DNA of 24,000 nucleotides from an uncultured Atopobium sp. (GTDB lineage Bacteria; Actinomycetota; Coriobacteriia; Coriobacteriales; Atopobiaceae): NCBI GenBank assembly GCA_900555335.1, contig USKU01000001.1, positions 13,794 to 37,793 of the forward strand, read 5' to 3'. Shown piece by piece: positions 1 to 7,626 of this stretch (position 1 is its first letter; each line of letters starts with the position of its first letter). The notes under the pieces were generated by a model. It saw only the letters and a program-made list of their open reading frames with translations, ran no database searches and was not told where the DNA came from. The position numbers and the translations under genes were made by a program.

Positions 1-35
1 CTCTAATTGCAATCAATTTATTTAAGTTTGCAGAT

Positions 36-374
36 ATGTGCTCAAAGTTTGATCGTGTTGCGGCAGATCAAATCATTGCTCATGGAATTTCTTCCAGTCA
101 TTCCACGGATGGAGGAACGCTAGAAAACTTAACTCAGAAAATAAAAACTGCTCTTAAATGTGATGACAATTGCGACATTGTCGTCTCCATGGAGGGAGAA
201 AAGGAGGGGATTGGGAATATGGTCTCTGTTTTTCCTAAATATCAAGCAACTCTAAAGTACAGACCTTGGCCACATACTGTGCGTCTCCCCTTAGTGTCAT
301 TAGAGTCTCCTCTGTACCTCACCCATACAACTTCAATTGTTGTTAGTCCCTATAAGTCGGGAGTTGTGATTTGA
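36..374 (+). CDS. hypothetical protein (possibly 5'-truncated by the window edge)
   Basis: 112-aa ORF. The same frame has no stop codon back to nt 3, so the gene may start upstream of the window. The stop TGA at 372-374 overlaps the start region of the next ORF. No motif recognised. Confidence 0.4.
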   Translation: MCSKFDRVAADQIIAHGISSSHSTDGGTLENLTQKIKTALKCDDNCDIVVSMEGEKEGIGNMVSVFPKYQATLKYRPWPHTVRLPLVSLESPLYLTHTTSIVVSPYKSGVVI

Positions 375-892
375 AAATGAATGTACAGGTTTCGATAGAA
401 GAAGTCCCTAATTCAGAGCAAATTTTTGAATTGTTACAAGGAGGCTTCGAAAAGTTCGTCGGTCTTTTGGGTACCGAGATAACAGCTCCTCCAGTCTTAC
501 TTCTAAGGTGCTCTTCAGTTCATACTTTTGGAATGACGTATCCGATTGATATCGCATTTGCAGACGATCACGGAGAAATTTTAAAAATTCGGAGACGAGT
601 ACATCCTAAACAAATTCATAGCTGCGCGGGTGCTTATTGCACATTTGAAAGACCATCAGTTGATGATTTCCCATGGTTTGAGGTTGGTCAGAAAGTGCTC
701 ATTCAAGAAATAAGTACTGAAGAAAGCAACGTTGAAAGAAGGAGTCGCTATGGCTATAGAAAACTACTCCGTAAAAATTTGCCCCAGATGCGGAGAAAAG
801 CTGTTTCAGGACATGAGAATTTGTTACGGGTGCCTTCTAGACTTCAGCGGTCCAAGCTCGCTTGTATGCAATCTCGAAGTATCAAGAAATAA
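371..892 (+). CDS. DUF192-like protein
   Basis: The segment SSVHTFGMTYPIDIAFADDHGEILKI followed by FEVGQKV resembles the DUF192 (COG1430) core, from memory. The start is TTG 371 or ATG 377. The last ~50 codons are basic and low-complexity and overlap the next gene, so the true C-terminus is uncertain. Confidence 0.5.
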   Translation: MKMNVQVSIEEVPNSEQIFELLQGGFEKFVGLLGTEITAPPVLLLRCSSVHTFGMTYPIDIAFADDHGEILKIRRRVHPKQIHSCAGAYCTFERPSVDDFPWFEVGQKVLIQEISTEESNVERRSRYGYRKLLRKNLPQMRRKAVSGHENLLRVPSRLQRSKLACMQSRSIKK

Positions 893-1022
893 AAGAATTG
901 CCAACCTTCCCTTTATAGAAACTGACGAGTATTTGCTTTCCGAAGAAGTAGGAGAGGAATGGGATAAAGGCCTGCCACCTGCTTTGTTTGAACTGGATAA
1001 CTCATATTCACCAGCAGATTAA
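750..1022 (+). CDS. small zinc-ribbon protein
   Basis: ATG 750 is preceded by AAGGAG (739-744) with a 5-nt spacer. The CPRC...CYGC pair of CxxC motifs near the N-terminus is typical of a zinc ribbon. The track ORF starts at TTG 732, but ATG 750 has the better RBS. Confidence 0.55.
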   Translation: MAIENYSVKICPRCGEKLFQDMRICYGCLLDFSGPSSLVCNLEVSRNKRIANLPFIETDEYLLSEEVGEEWDKGLPPALFELDNSYSPAD

Positions 1023-1076
1023 ACAGTACGTGGTATCCTTTAAGAAGAGTTGCGAAAGTAACATAAAGGAGTTTCC

Positions 1077-3059
1077 ATGTATAAAGTCTCGCTTCGCTCT
1101 TCTAAAAAGAGCCAGTTTGTAAAGATTGCGCTTTGCGTAATGCTTTTGGCTGTTGCGTTTTTAATTACGCCTGCAAAAGCATTTGCACGTGACCTTTCAA
1201 TAGATACGGTAAATATTGATGCGACGGTTCAAAAAGACGGAACGTTGCATGTCGTAGAAACTCGTACATTCTATTTCAATGGTAGTTTTCATGGTGTCTA
1301 TTGGAATCTTCCAGTTGGAAAGAATAAATACAATGGACAGAACGTTGAAGTAAACATTACTTCGGTTACTGTTCAAGATAGGCAAGGAACGCGTCAGATT
1401 TATAGCAAGGACTCTAGTGGCAATAGCTCCAGCTCAGATGAGTATTATGTTCCAACTCAATCAAACAACATGTTGAACTTAAAGATTTATTCAGCGCATG
1501 ATGATGAGTCAGCGCATATCACTATCGAGTATGACATTACTAATGTTGTAACAAATTGGTCGGATACTGCTGAGCTGTACTGGAAGTTTGTATCTGATGG
1601 CTGGGATTCCGAGTCTCGAAATGTCACTGCTACTATTCATCTTCCAGTCCCATCAGGACAGTCTATAGTTGCTGGCGATACTGTTCGCGCCTGGGGACAT
1701 GGTCCATTGGATGCAAATGTAGAAATTACCAACAATGCGGTTGTCTACAAAGTTCCTGGTGTAGGAACTGATGAATTTGCGGAAGCTCGTATTACATTCC
1801 CAACCGATTGGGTTTCTGGGCTAGCTCCTATTCAGCAGAATAAACTGAGCAGCATCTTGTCTGAGGAACAAGCGTGGGCGGATGAAGCAAATCACAAGCG
1901 TGATATTGCAAAAGCTCAGGTAGCTCTTATTCTTTATGCGCCATTAGTACTTGCAGCTATCACCGTTGTAGCAGCAATCTTGCTGCGTATTCAATACAAA
2001 AAGGTAATGGCTCCTCAGTTTAATGACCTTTACTACAGAGATGTTCCATCTAATGATCACCCGGCAGTTCTTTCTATGCTTTACAACGGTGAGCTGATTA
2101 AGGGAGACGCTTTGACAGCAACCCTTATGCACCTTTCTGATTCAAAGTACATTAGCTTGAATAAGACGGTTAGTACAAACTTCCTTGGTATGGAGAAGTC
2201 TGATTATTGTCTTACAAAGGTTCAAGACCTTTCAGAAAGCCAGCAGCCTTTCTACCCTGGCAGTTCACAGTCAAATAAGATTGATATCATGGCAATGAAG
2301 CTAATCTTTGATAAGGCTGGAGAATCTGGAGCGGTAAATACTACTGTTACCATGAAACAAATTGGTAAGTATGCTTCATCACATCCAGAAGATTTTAATA
2401 AGGCATATGAGTCTTGGGAGAGCCCCATCAAGCTTAGCTATGCTGCTAAGTATGGAACAAATAAGATTCCATTCCACGGTAAGGGAATTCTTGGTGCTCT
2501 GATTGCTGTCGATGTTCTTGTTGCCGCTGCTGCATTCATGATGGGTGTTATGGCTGATGTTTCATTTGCCAATCTACTACTACATCTGTTTATTCTTGTC
2601 ATTGCCGGCCTGGTTGCACTTGTAAACATTGGCTCTTTCGATTTAATGAACAGAGAAGGTGTTGAGACGCTCGCTAAGACTCGTGCGCTAAGAAAGTGGC
2701 TTACTGAGTTCACTAACCTGCACGAAGCAATTCCAACCGATGTCATTCTCTGGAATAGGCTTCTGGTTATGGCAGTTGCGCTTGGTGTTGCGGATAAGGT
2801 TATCGAGCAGCTGAAAGTTGCAATGCCAGAGATGCTCAAAGATCCTCAGTTTATGCCTGTTTATAGCTGGTATTACTATGGAAATGGCATGCGAACCAAT
2901 GCAATTGAGAGCGTAACTAAGAGCGTTACAGCTGCTCATTCCGTCTCAACAGCGGCACTTGCTTCTTCTAACTCAAGCTCCGGCGGTGGTTTTGGTGGCG
3001 GCTTCTCCGGCGGAGGAGGCGGCGGCTTCGGCGGTGGCGGTGGCGGTGGCGGTTTCTAA
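1077..3059 (+). CDS. DUF2207-family membrane protein with Gly-rich C-terminal tail
   Basis: 660-aa ORF with AAGGAG (1066-1071) 5 nt upstream of the ATG. It has an N-terminal signal/anchor (LCVMLLAVAFLITPAKAFA) and several hydrophobic segments in the C-terminal half. The terminal SSGGGFGGGFSGGGGGGFGGGGGGGGF tail is characteristic of the DUF2207 family, from memory. Confidence 0.7.
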   Translation: MYKVSLRSSKKSQFVKIALCVMLLAVAFLITPAKAFARDLSIDTVNIDATVQKDGTLHVVETRTFYFNGSFHGVYWNLPVGKNKYNGQNVEVNITSVTVQDRQGTRQIYSKDSSGNSSSSDEYYVPTQSNNMLNLKIYSAHDDESAHITIEYDITNVVTNWSDTAELYWKFVSDGWDSESRNVTATIHLPVPSGQSIVAGDTVRAWGHGPLDANVEITNNAVVYKVPGVGTDEFAEARITFPTDWVSGLAPIQQNKLSSILSEEQAWADEANHKRDIAKAQVALILYAPLVLAAITVVAAILLRIQYKKVMAPQFNDLYYRDVPSNDHPAVLSMLYNGELIKGDALTATLMHLSDSKYISLNKTVSTNFLGMEKSDYCLTKVQDLSESQQPFYPGSSQSNKIDIMAMKLIFDKAGESGAVNTTVTMKQIGKYASSHPEDFNKAYESWESPIKLSYAAKYGTNKIPFHGKGILGALIAVDVLVAAAAFMMGVMADVSFANLLLHLFILVIAGLVALVNIGSFDLMNREGVETLAKTRALRKWLTEFTNLHEAIPTDVILWNRLLVMAVALGVADKVIEQLKVAMPEMLKDPQFMPVYSWYYYGNGMRTNAIESVTKSVTAAHSVSTAALASSNSSSGGGFGGGFSGGGGGGFGGGGGGGGF

Positions 3060-3109
3060 CGCCATAAACGCTTCAATAAACACTGCAAGAAGCAACGTTT
3101 AAAGGTCTT

Positions 3110-3149
3110 AATTCTCCCCGTGAACTAATCGGGGAGAATTTCTTTTTTT
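3110..3149 (+). terminator. rho-independent terminator after the DUF2207 gene
   Basis: Perfect 11-bp stem (3110-3120 aattctccccg pairs with 3130-3140 cggggagaatt) and a 9-nt loop, followed by tcttttttt. Confidence 0.85.
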
Positions 3150-3152
3150 AGA

Positions 3153-3175
3153 AAATATGCGATTTTGGCATATTT
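3153..3175. promoter_or_regulatory. palindromic candidate operator upstream of the XRE gene
   Basis: AAATATGC (3153-3160) and GCATATTT (3168-3175) are perfect 8-bp inverted arms with a 7-nt spacer. The palindrome overlaps a possible -35 hexamer, TTGGCA at 3165-3170. Confidence 0.35.
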
Positions 3176-3200
3176 GAGTTGATAGTTTTACGCTGCACTT

Positions 3201-3428
3201 ATGGAGCAGATATCTAACAGATTAGTGGGCCAGTGCCTTCGCGATTTGCGAAAGAAGCAACGTCTTACCCAAGAGGCGGTTGCTGAGCATCTTGCTGGAG
3301 ATCAAGCATTTGTATCAAAGGTTGAATCGGGCGAGCGTGGTGTTAAGCTCGGAGAAGTTTTTTCTTTTGCCGAAGCCTTAGGCATAGAAGCTTCCGAGCT
3401 TATCGAAGCGTTGCGTACGTATCGATAG
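3201..3428 (+). CDS. XRE-family helix-turn-helix transcriptional regulator
   Basis: 75-aa ORF. LRKKQRLTQEAVAEHLAGDQAFVSKVESGER is a classic HTH_3/XRE pattern. There is no SD upstream of the ATG, so the mRNA may be leaderless. Confidence 0.75.
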   Translation: MEQISNRLVGQCLRDLRKKQRLTQEAVAEHLAGDQAFVSKVESGERGVKLGEVFSFAEALGIEASELIEALRTYR

Positions 3429-3509
3429 CTTTAGATTACTTTTTTAATTTAAGGAACTTTATGTAGGATGTGAACTGCGTCCCAAAACTTGGACGAATTT
3501 AATAAAGAG

Positions 3510-4361
3510 CTAGGCCACTAAGGACTGATTCCGGAATTCCTCCGGGGTCAGTCCTTTTAGTTTAACCTGACGCCTTTGTGTGTTCCAGTACATAACATAT
3601 GCGTCCAAATCAGCTTTGAAAGACTCAAAGTTAGGCCACGTTCTTCCTCGGAAGAACTCGTCTTTCAGATGACCAAAGACCTGCTCGGTAGCACCGTTGT
3701 CTATGCAGTTACCCTTTCTGGACATGCTCTGGATAACTCCTGCATCTTTCAGTCGCTTACACCATGCGCTGTGCTGGTATTGCCAACCCATATCGCTGTG
3801 CAGAATCGGAGTTGTGCCTTTAGGTATCTTCGCTAAAAGTTGATCGAGAAGAGCTTTTTGCTGAACCATGTTTGGACCCCTCGACACACTCCATGCGACA
3901 ATCTCTTTGCTTCCAAAGTCATAGACGGGAGCAAAGTATGCCTTGCCCCACGCCTGCTTAAACTCTGTGACGTCGGTACCCATCTTCTTCCACGGTCCAT
4001 CAGCAGAAAAGTCGCGTCCTATGACGTTTTCAAAGGTCTTGCCGACAACGCCTTTATAGGAGCTATAGCGGTGATAGTCTGTCTCACGCCGTATCTTACA
4101 GTAAATACCCATCTCACGCATGATTTTAAGAACAGTCTTGTCGGCGATTCTTACACCCAGCTCAGCGCGCAGACACATGGCTATCTGTCTGTGACCACAG
4201 CCGTTTGTAGTACGCGAGAAAATCTCTGCAACCGCGCGGTGTAGCTCTGGGCGTGTTGGCTTTACTGGGTGAGCTCGTGCGTAGTAGTAGGTAGACCTTG
4301 CAAGTCCTGAGCACTCCAGCAAATAGGACAAAGGGTACCCCTCACTGCACAAAGCACTCAC
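3510..4361 (-). CDS. IS3-family transposase OrfB (DDE catalytic domain)
   Basis: HSDMGWQYQ and CIDNGATEQVFGHLKDEF match the IS3 DDE-region motifs (HSDxGxQY, DNxxxE). The frame stays open upstream to the slippery site, so it is probably made as an OrfAB fusion. Confidence 0.85.
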   Translation of the reverse strand: MSALCSEGYPLSYLLECSGLARSTYYYARAHPVKPTRPELHRAVAEIFSRTTNGCGHRQIAMCLRAELGVRIADKTVLKIMREMGIYCKIRRETDYHRYSSYKGVVGKTFENVIGRDFSADGPWKKMGTDVTEFKQAWGKAYFAPVYDFGSKEIVAWSVSRGPNMVQQKALLDQLLAKIPKGTTPILHSDMGWQYQHSAWCKRLKDAGVIQSMSRKGNCIDNGATEQVFGHLKDEFFRGRTWPNFESFKADLDAYVMYWNTQRRQVKLKGLTPEEFRNQSLVA

Positions 4362-4381
4362 AATCTTAGCCTTTACCCTGG

Positions 4382-4879
4382 TCAGAGCTCGTCTTTCTCG
4401 ACCAGGGCACGCAATTTTTTTAAGTAGGCTACCTCGGTCTCAAGCCTGCGGCAGCGCTCCTCAAGTTCCTGTTCGCGGGTGCGTTTCTGTGGCTTGGATT
4501 TAGAGCCTTTAGGTCTTCCTTTTGGCTTTGGCTTAAGAGCCTCTGCGCCACCTGTACGATAGAGCTTACACCATCGCTTAAGTGGTGCCAGCGACATAAT
4601 CTTAAACTCGGCCATTGCCTCAGCTTTTGTCATGCCGTCCTCAATGACAGCTCTTGCTGCAGCAACTTTTTGCTCGTAGGTGTAGAGAGCTTGCTTGCCA
4701 TCCATGATCAGTAGCACCTCGCTTCCAAATGCGTGGTATATATGGAGCCATGTTTTTACAGTTGAGAGTGGAACAGAAAGAGTACTTGCAACCGCACAAA
4801 ATCCCATACCGGAAGCAAAGAGCTCTGCTGCCCTTCTCCTCACCTCTACATCGTGCTTTACCCTACAATCCATACGCAT
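4382..4879 (-). CDS. IS3-family transposase OrfA (HTH / leucine-zipper part)
   Basis: 165-aa ORF with HTH-like segments, a basic KPKPKGRPKGSKSKPQKR stretch and a C-terminal coiled LETEVAYLKKLRALV, typical of IS3 OrfA. Confidence 0.8.
   Translation of the reverse strand: MRMDCRVKHDVEVRRRAAELFASGMGFCAVASTLSVPLSTVKTWLHIYHAFGSEVLLIMDGKQALYTYEQKVAAARAVIEDGMTKAEAMAEFKIMSLAPLKRWCKLYRTGGAEALKPKPKGRPKGSKSKPQKRTREQELEERCRRLETEVAYLKKLRALVEKDEL
4415..4421 (-). other. programmed -1 ribosomal frameshift site (A AAA AAA)
   Basis: The minus strand reads TAC TTA AAA AAA TTG in the orfA frame. orfB codon phase is +1 in coordinate, which is -1 on the minus strand. I translated the -1 frame from 4421 to 4361 and found no stop (KKIACPGRERRALTRVKAKIV...). 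Confidence 0.7.
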
Positions 4880-5166
4880 AAAAAGCCTCCCAATTTCTTA
4901 TGTCCAAGAAATGGGAGGCGGTTCATTGTGCGTAGCCTTGAGATAGATGCTATCTTTAAAATAAGAGTCGGCGAATATGGCCAATAAAGATTAAATAAGC
5001 TTTAATGTTATGTTTGTACGATATACATTGTCACTATAAGATCTTTTAAGGTGCGTAGCTTGTGTGGGAGTTTTGGTTAAGAGGTGGTACGCTCTGCAGT
5101 TATTACGTAAAAACTAATGGTTTACAATAAATTGCCCTATTGTACAGCGAATTTTGTTAAGTAATG

Positions 5167-5195
5167 TTGACAATATGTAACTGATTTGCTACCCT
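5167..5195 (+). promoter_or_regulatory. candidate sigma70-type promoter for the AT-rich operon
   Basis: TTGACA (5167-5172), a 17-nt spacer, then TGcTACCCT (an extended -10-like element; -10 at 5190-5195). This would give a leader of about 200 nt before ATG 5405. Motif match only. Confidence 0.35.
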
Positions 5196-5404
5196 AAAAC
5201 AAGAATCTTATGGTTGCACAGAGGTAAGCATTGCTTCGCAACTACCTGATTACTTGTATTTATTGTTTTAGCATTTACAAGAAGGTGAGGTGGAGCATTA
5301 TTGAAATCTCAGTAAAATTTTTTCTGATTTTATTGTTTTATTCAAAAAATATTCAAGGTTTTTGTTTGCTTAATAAGGGTTAAGTAGAAAGAAGATGAAG
5401 TAAT

Positions 5405-6391
5405 ATGCAATTCTTCGTTGAATCTGCTTCAATCGATATTACATATAAATGTAATCTAAGGTGTAGACATTGCTTTGACTTTGCTGGAGAAAATTCTCGC
5501 GATGAGATTGATGATACAGCTCTAGATAATATTTTTGAATCAATAAGTAAGTATGAAATGAATTCAATATGTTTATGCGGTGGAGAACCCTTGCTAAGGC
5601 TTAACTCCGTTATCAATGGATTGCAAATACTAAAAAATAACAATTCTTCAGGTAAAGTTGCAATGGTAAGCAATGGTCTTCTTTGGAATCAATCTATTGC
5701 TGAATCACTTAAAGAGGCAGGTCTTGACTTAGTACAATTTAGTCTAGATGGAATAAATGATGCTTCGTATGACTTTATTAGGCAATCCGCAGGCAAGTTA
5801 CATAAAGTCTTTGATGCTATAAAATATGCAAAGAATTCTGGACTTACAGTTGTCATTTCCAGCATACCCCATAGAAAGAATTTTTCGGAGTTTCAAGCTT
5901 TAATAAATTTATGCGATGAGCTCGGAGTGAGTGAATTGCGCGTACAACCGCTTATGAATCTTGGTAGAGGCGAGAAAAATTATGAATATTTATCACTTAT
6001 GCCAGAAGAAAATGAATCGATAGCAACCTTATTGGCTTCAAATGCCAATTCGACGAAAACCAGATTAATTTGGGGAGATCCGGTTGATCATTTTTATATG
6101 TATCGAGAATTGAAGTATATACCTCAAATTTGTATTAATGCATTTGGTGAGATTGTCCTGTCTCCGTACTTACCTATAACAATCTGGAACTTACGCAAAT
6201 ACTCACTAAAGGAATATTTTGATTTAAATATCCCAGTTCACGCATTAAAACATGAAACTATCAAAAATCTTATTTCAGAAATACATGATATTTCAGATTT
6301 CACAAGTCACCATAAAGATATGCCCCTTTTATTTCTTGAATCAAATATCGATCTTTCAGAGGAGTTAAAGGAGATGGCTTTATATGCATAA
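5405..6391 (+). CDS. radical SAM enzyme (PqqE/AslB-like core, no SPASM/twitch cysteines)
   Basis: CNLRCRHC (a CX3CX2C motif at residues 16-23, nt 5450-5473), the GGEPLL motif and SLDG. Only 7 Cys in total (16, 20, 23, 56, 58, 170, 243), and only one in the C-terminal third. CINAFGEIVLSPY resembles the start of a SPASM motif with its partner Cys replaced. Confidence 0.85.
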   Translation: MQFFVESASIDITYKCNLRCRHCFDFAGENSRDEIDDTALDNIFESISKYEMNSICLCGGEPLLRLNSVINGLQILKNNNSSGKVAMVSNGLLWNQSIAESLKEAGLDLVQFSLDGINDASYDFIRQSAGKLHKVFDAIKYAKNSGLTVVISSIPHRKNFSEFQALINLCDELGVSELRVQPLMNLGRGEKNYEYLSLMPEENESIATLLASNANSTKTRLIWGDPVDHFYMYRELKYIPQICINAFGEIVLSPYLPITIWNLRKYSLKEYFDLNIPVHALKHETIKNLISEIHDISDFTSHHKDMPLLFLESNIDLSEELKEMALYA

Positions 6392-6863
6392 CTGTCAGCG
6401 CCTGATTAAAATAAACGAAAGCAACATGAAGGAAGTGCTTTCGTGGATTGAAGTTTTTAACGAGTCCTATCATAAGCAAATTATAGATCCCGTGGGTGTA
6501 GTTGACGGAGTAAATTTGAGTGGACGTTACATAAGACAGCTCTTGTTTAGTGGGCAATTCGACTTTTATGAAATTGTGGAAGCAGAAAGTAAAATAATTT
6601 TAGGCATTTTGGTAGTTGCAAATAGTCAGATCGTTAAACTACGAGCATCCTCACTTATACTTTTCGCAACAAATTATGAGATAAACCTATCAAACTGTTT
6701 TATGAATAAGGGTGAAAACTTATACGTCATATCTATTGCAATGGATGCTGGAAATTATCTAGCTGTAGGTTTTAAAAACTTAGCAATAATACCAGGCCAT
6801 AATAATTCGTTAAATTATCTCTATCTTTTAGTGGGAGCAGAAGATGAAAATAAAATCAATTGA
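6384..6863 (+). CDS. hypothetical protein (159 aa), translationally coupled to the radical SAM gene
   Basis: ATG 6384 overlaps the rSAM stop by 8 nt (ATGCATAA), and GGAG lies at 6370-6373. No confident motif. There is a vague GNAT-like beta-strand/helix pattern, but no Q/RxxGxG/A acetyl-CoA motif. Confidence 0.55.
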   Translation: MHNCQRLIKINESNMKEVLSWIEVFNESYHKQIIDPVGVVDGVNLSGRYIRQLLFSGQFDFYEIVEAESKIILGILVVANSQIVKLRASSLILFATNYEINLSNCFMNKGENLYVISIAMDAGNYLAVGFKNLAIIPGHNNSLNYLYLLVGAEDENKIN

Positions 6864-7626
6864 ACAGATAGTTCCAAAATTGCATGAAGGAACCAGATTA
6901 AAAAGTACTCCGAGCGGATATATCCTCTCGTCTGGAGGTGTATATGCGCCTATGAATTTAGATGCAGCTGCAATTGTTTCAAAGATAGATGGTTCTAAAA
7001 CTATAGAAAAAATTTGTCAGGAATTATTTGAAGAGAAATCGAATATAGATGATTTCAATATTCTAGGGACTATAGTGCAACGATGTATCGCAAAAATCTG
7101 GCAGCAAGGTGCTTTTTTGCAAGTAGACGATAATTTATCCATGGCGTATTATTCATACTATTCAAACAACTGTTTTTATAGTCCTTATTTCTCCTCAGAT
7201 GTAAATCTAGAGCCTGTATATTTATCCCCTATATTTGACAGTAAACATTTTTCAAATATTACAGAATTTAAAGAAATTTTTGGATCGTTTTGTTTGTATG
7301 TAACACTATTAAATAGTAATAGTGAAATAAAATCTCAGTATTGCTTTCTAAAGACACAAGTTAAGGATCTATATTTTATATATGCAATTTATGGCAATAC
7401 GCCGACTGTTGATGACCTTAGAGAAGTAAAGCAATATCTTCAAAACAATCCACTTGACGAAGAAAACCACATTGAAAAAACTGAGAAAAATGATTCAATT
7501 ACTTTCATTGTGTATACATTGTCAGATTTAAGAGTTGACACTTTACCATTTACTTTAATACAGAAGGGAGTTATTCAAGGCGAAGTTAATGGTAGAGATT
7601 TAATTATAAACTTTTTATGTATTTAA
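6844..7626 (+). CDS. PqqD-like RiPP recognition element (RRE) fused to a ~170-aa domain of unknown function
   Basis: Residues ~10-95 (GYILSSGGVYAPMNLDAAAIVSKIDGSKTIEKICQELFEE...VQRCIAKIWQQGAFLQV) follow the PqqD/RRE pattern (LN-x-t-a-a-x-I-w-x-x-x-DG-x-x-T-v-x-e-I). The start overlaps the previous ORF by 20 nt. Confidence 0.65.
   Translation: MKIKSIEQIVPKLHEGTRLKSTPSGYILSSGGVYAPMNLDAAAIVSKIDGSKTIEKICQELFEEKSNIDDFNILGTIVQRCIAKIWQQGAFLQVDDNLSMAYYSYYSNNCFYSPYFSSDVNLEPVYLSPIFDSKHFSNITEFKEIFGSFCLYVTLLNSNSEIKSQYCFLKTQVKDLYFIYAIYGNTPTVDDLREVKQYLQNNPLDEENHIEKTEKNDSITFIVYTLSDLRVDTLPFTLIQKGVIQGEVNGRDLIINFLCI

Larger units (their letters stand above)
3471..4925 (-). mobile_element. IS3-family insertion sequence (1455 bp), apparently intact
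   Basis: The terminal inverted repeats begin with TG. TGAACTGCGTCCCAAAACTTGGACGAA (3471-3497) matches the reverse complement of 4899-4925, TGAACCGCCTCCCATTTCTTGGACATA, at 20 of 27 positions by my count. The element has the two-ORF orfA/orfB layout with orfB in the -1 frame and an A7 slippery run. Confidence 0.85.

Noticed and set aside
2438-2939. Antisense or shadow ORFs inside long genes. Examples: 2438-2839 (-), 2688-2939 (-), 3840-4244 (+), 11368-11592 (+), 13813-14121 (-), 17031-17666 (+), 21441-21728 (+), 22779-23186 (+), 23466-23825 (+).
   Set aside because: All lie within or opposite much longer ORFs that carry clear family motifs. They have no RBS and give odd, low-complexity translations.
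2977-3056. The GGN-rich low-complexity DNA at the end of the DUF2207 gene, considered as a possible repeat element.
   Set aside because: It is in frame and encodes the Gly/Phe-rich tail typical of this protein family. It is not an independent repeat.
5282-5315. The strong SD-like tract AAGGTGAGGTGGAG as the start of a second small precursor gene.
   Set aside because: No ATG or GTG follows at a sensible distance. Only a 4-codon TTG ORF, or a 29-codon ORF with an ATT start, can be read. Neither is supportable as a gene from sequence alone.
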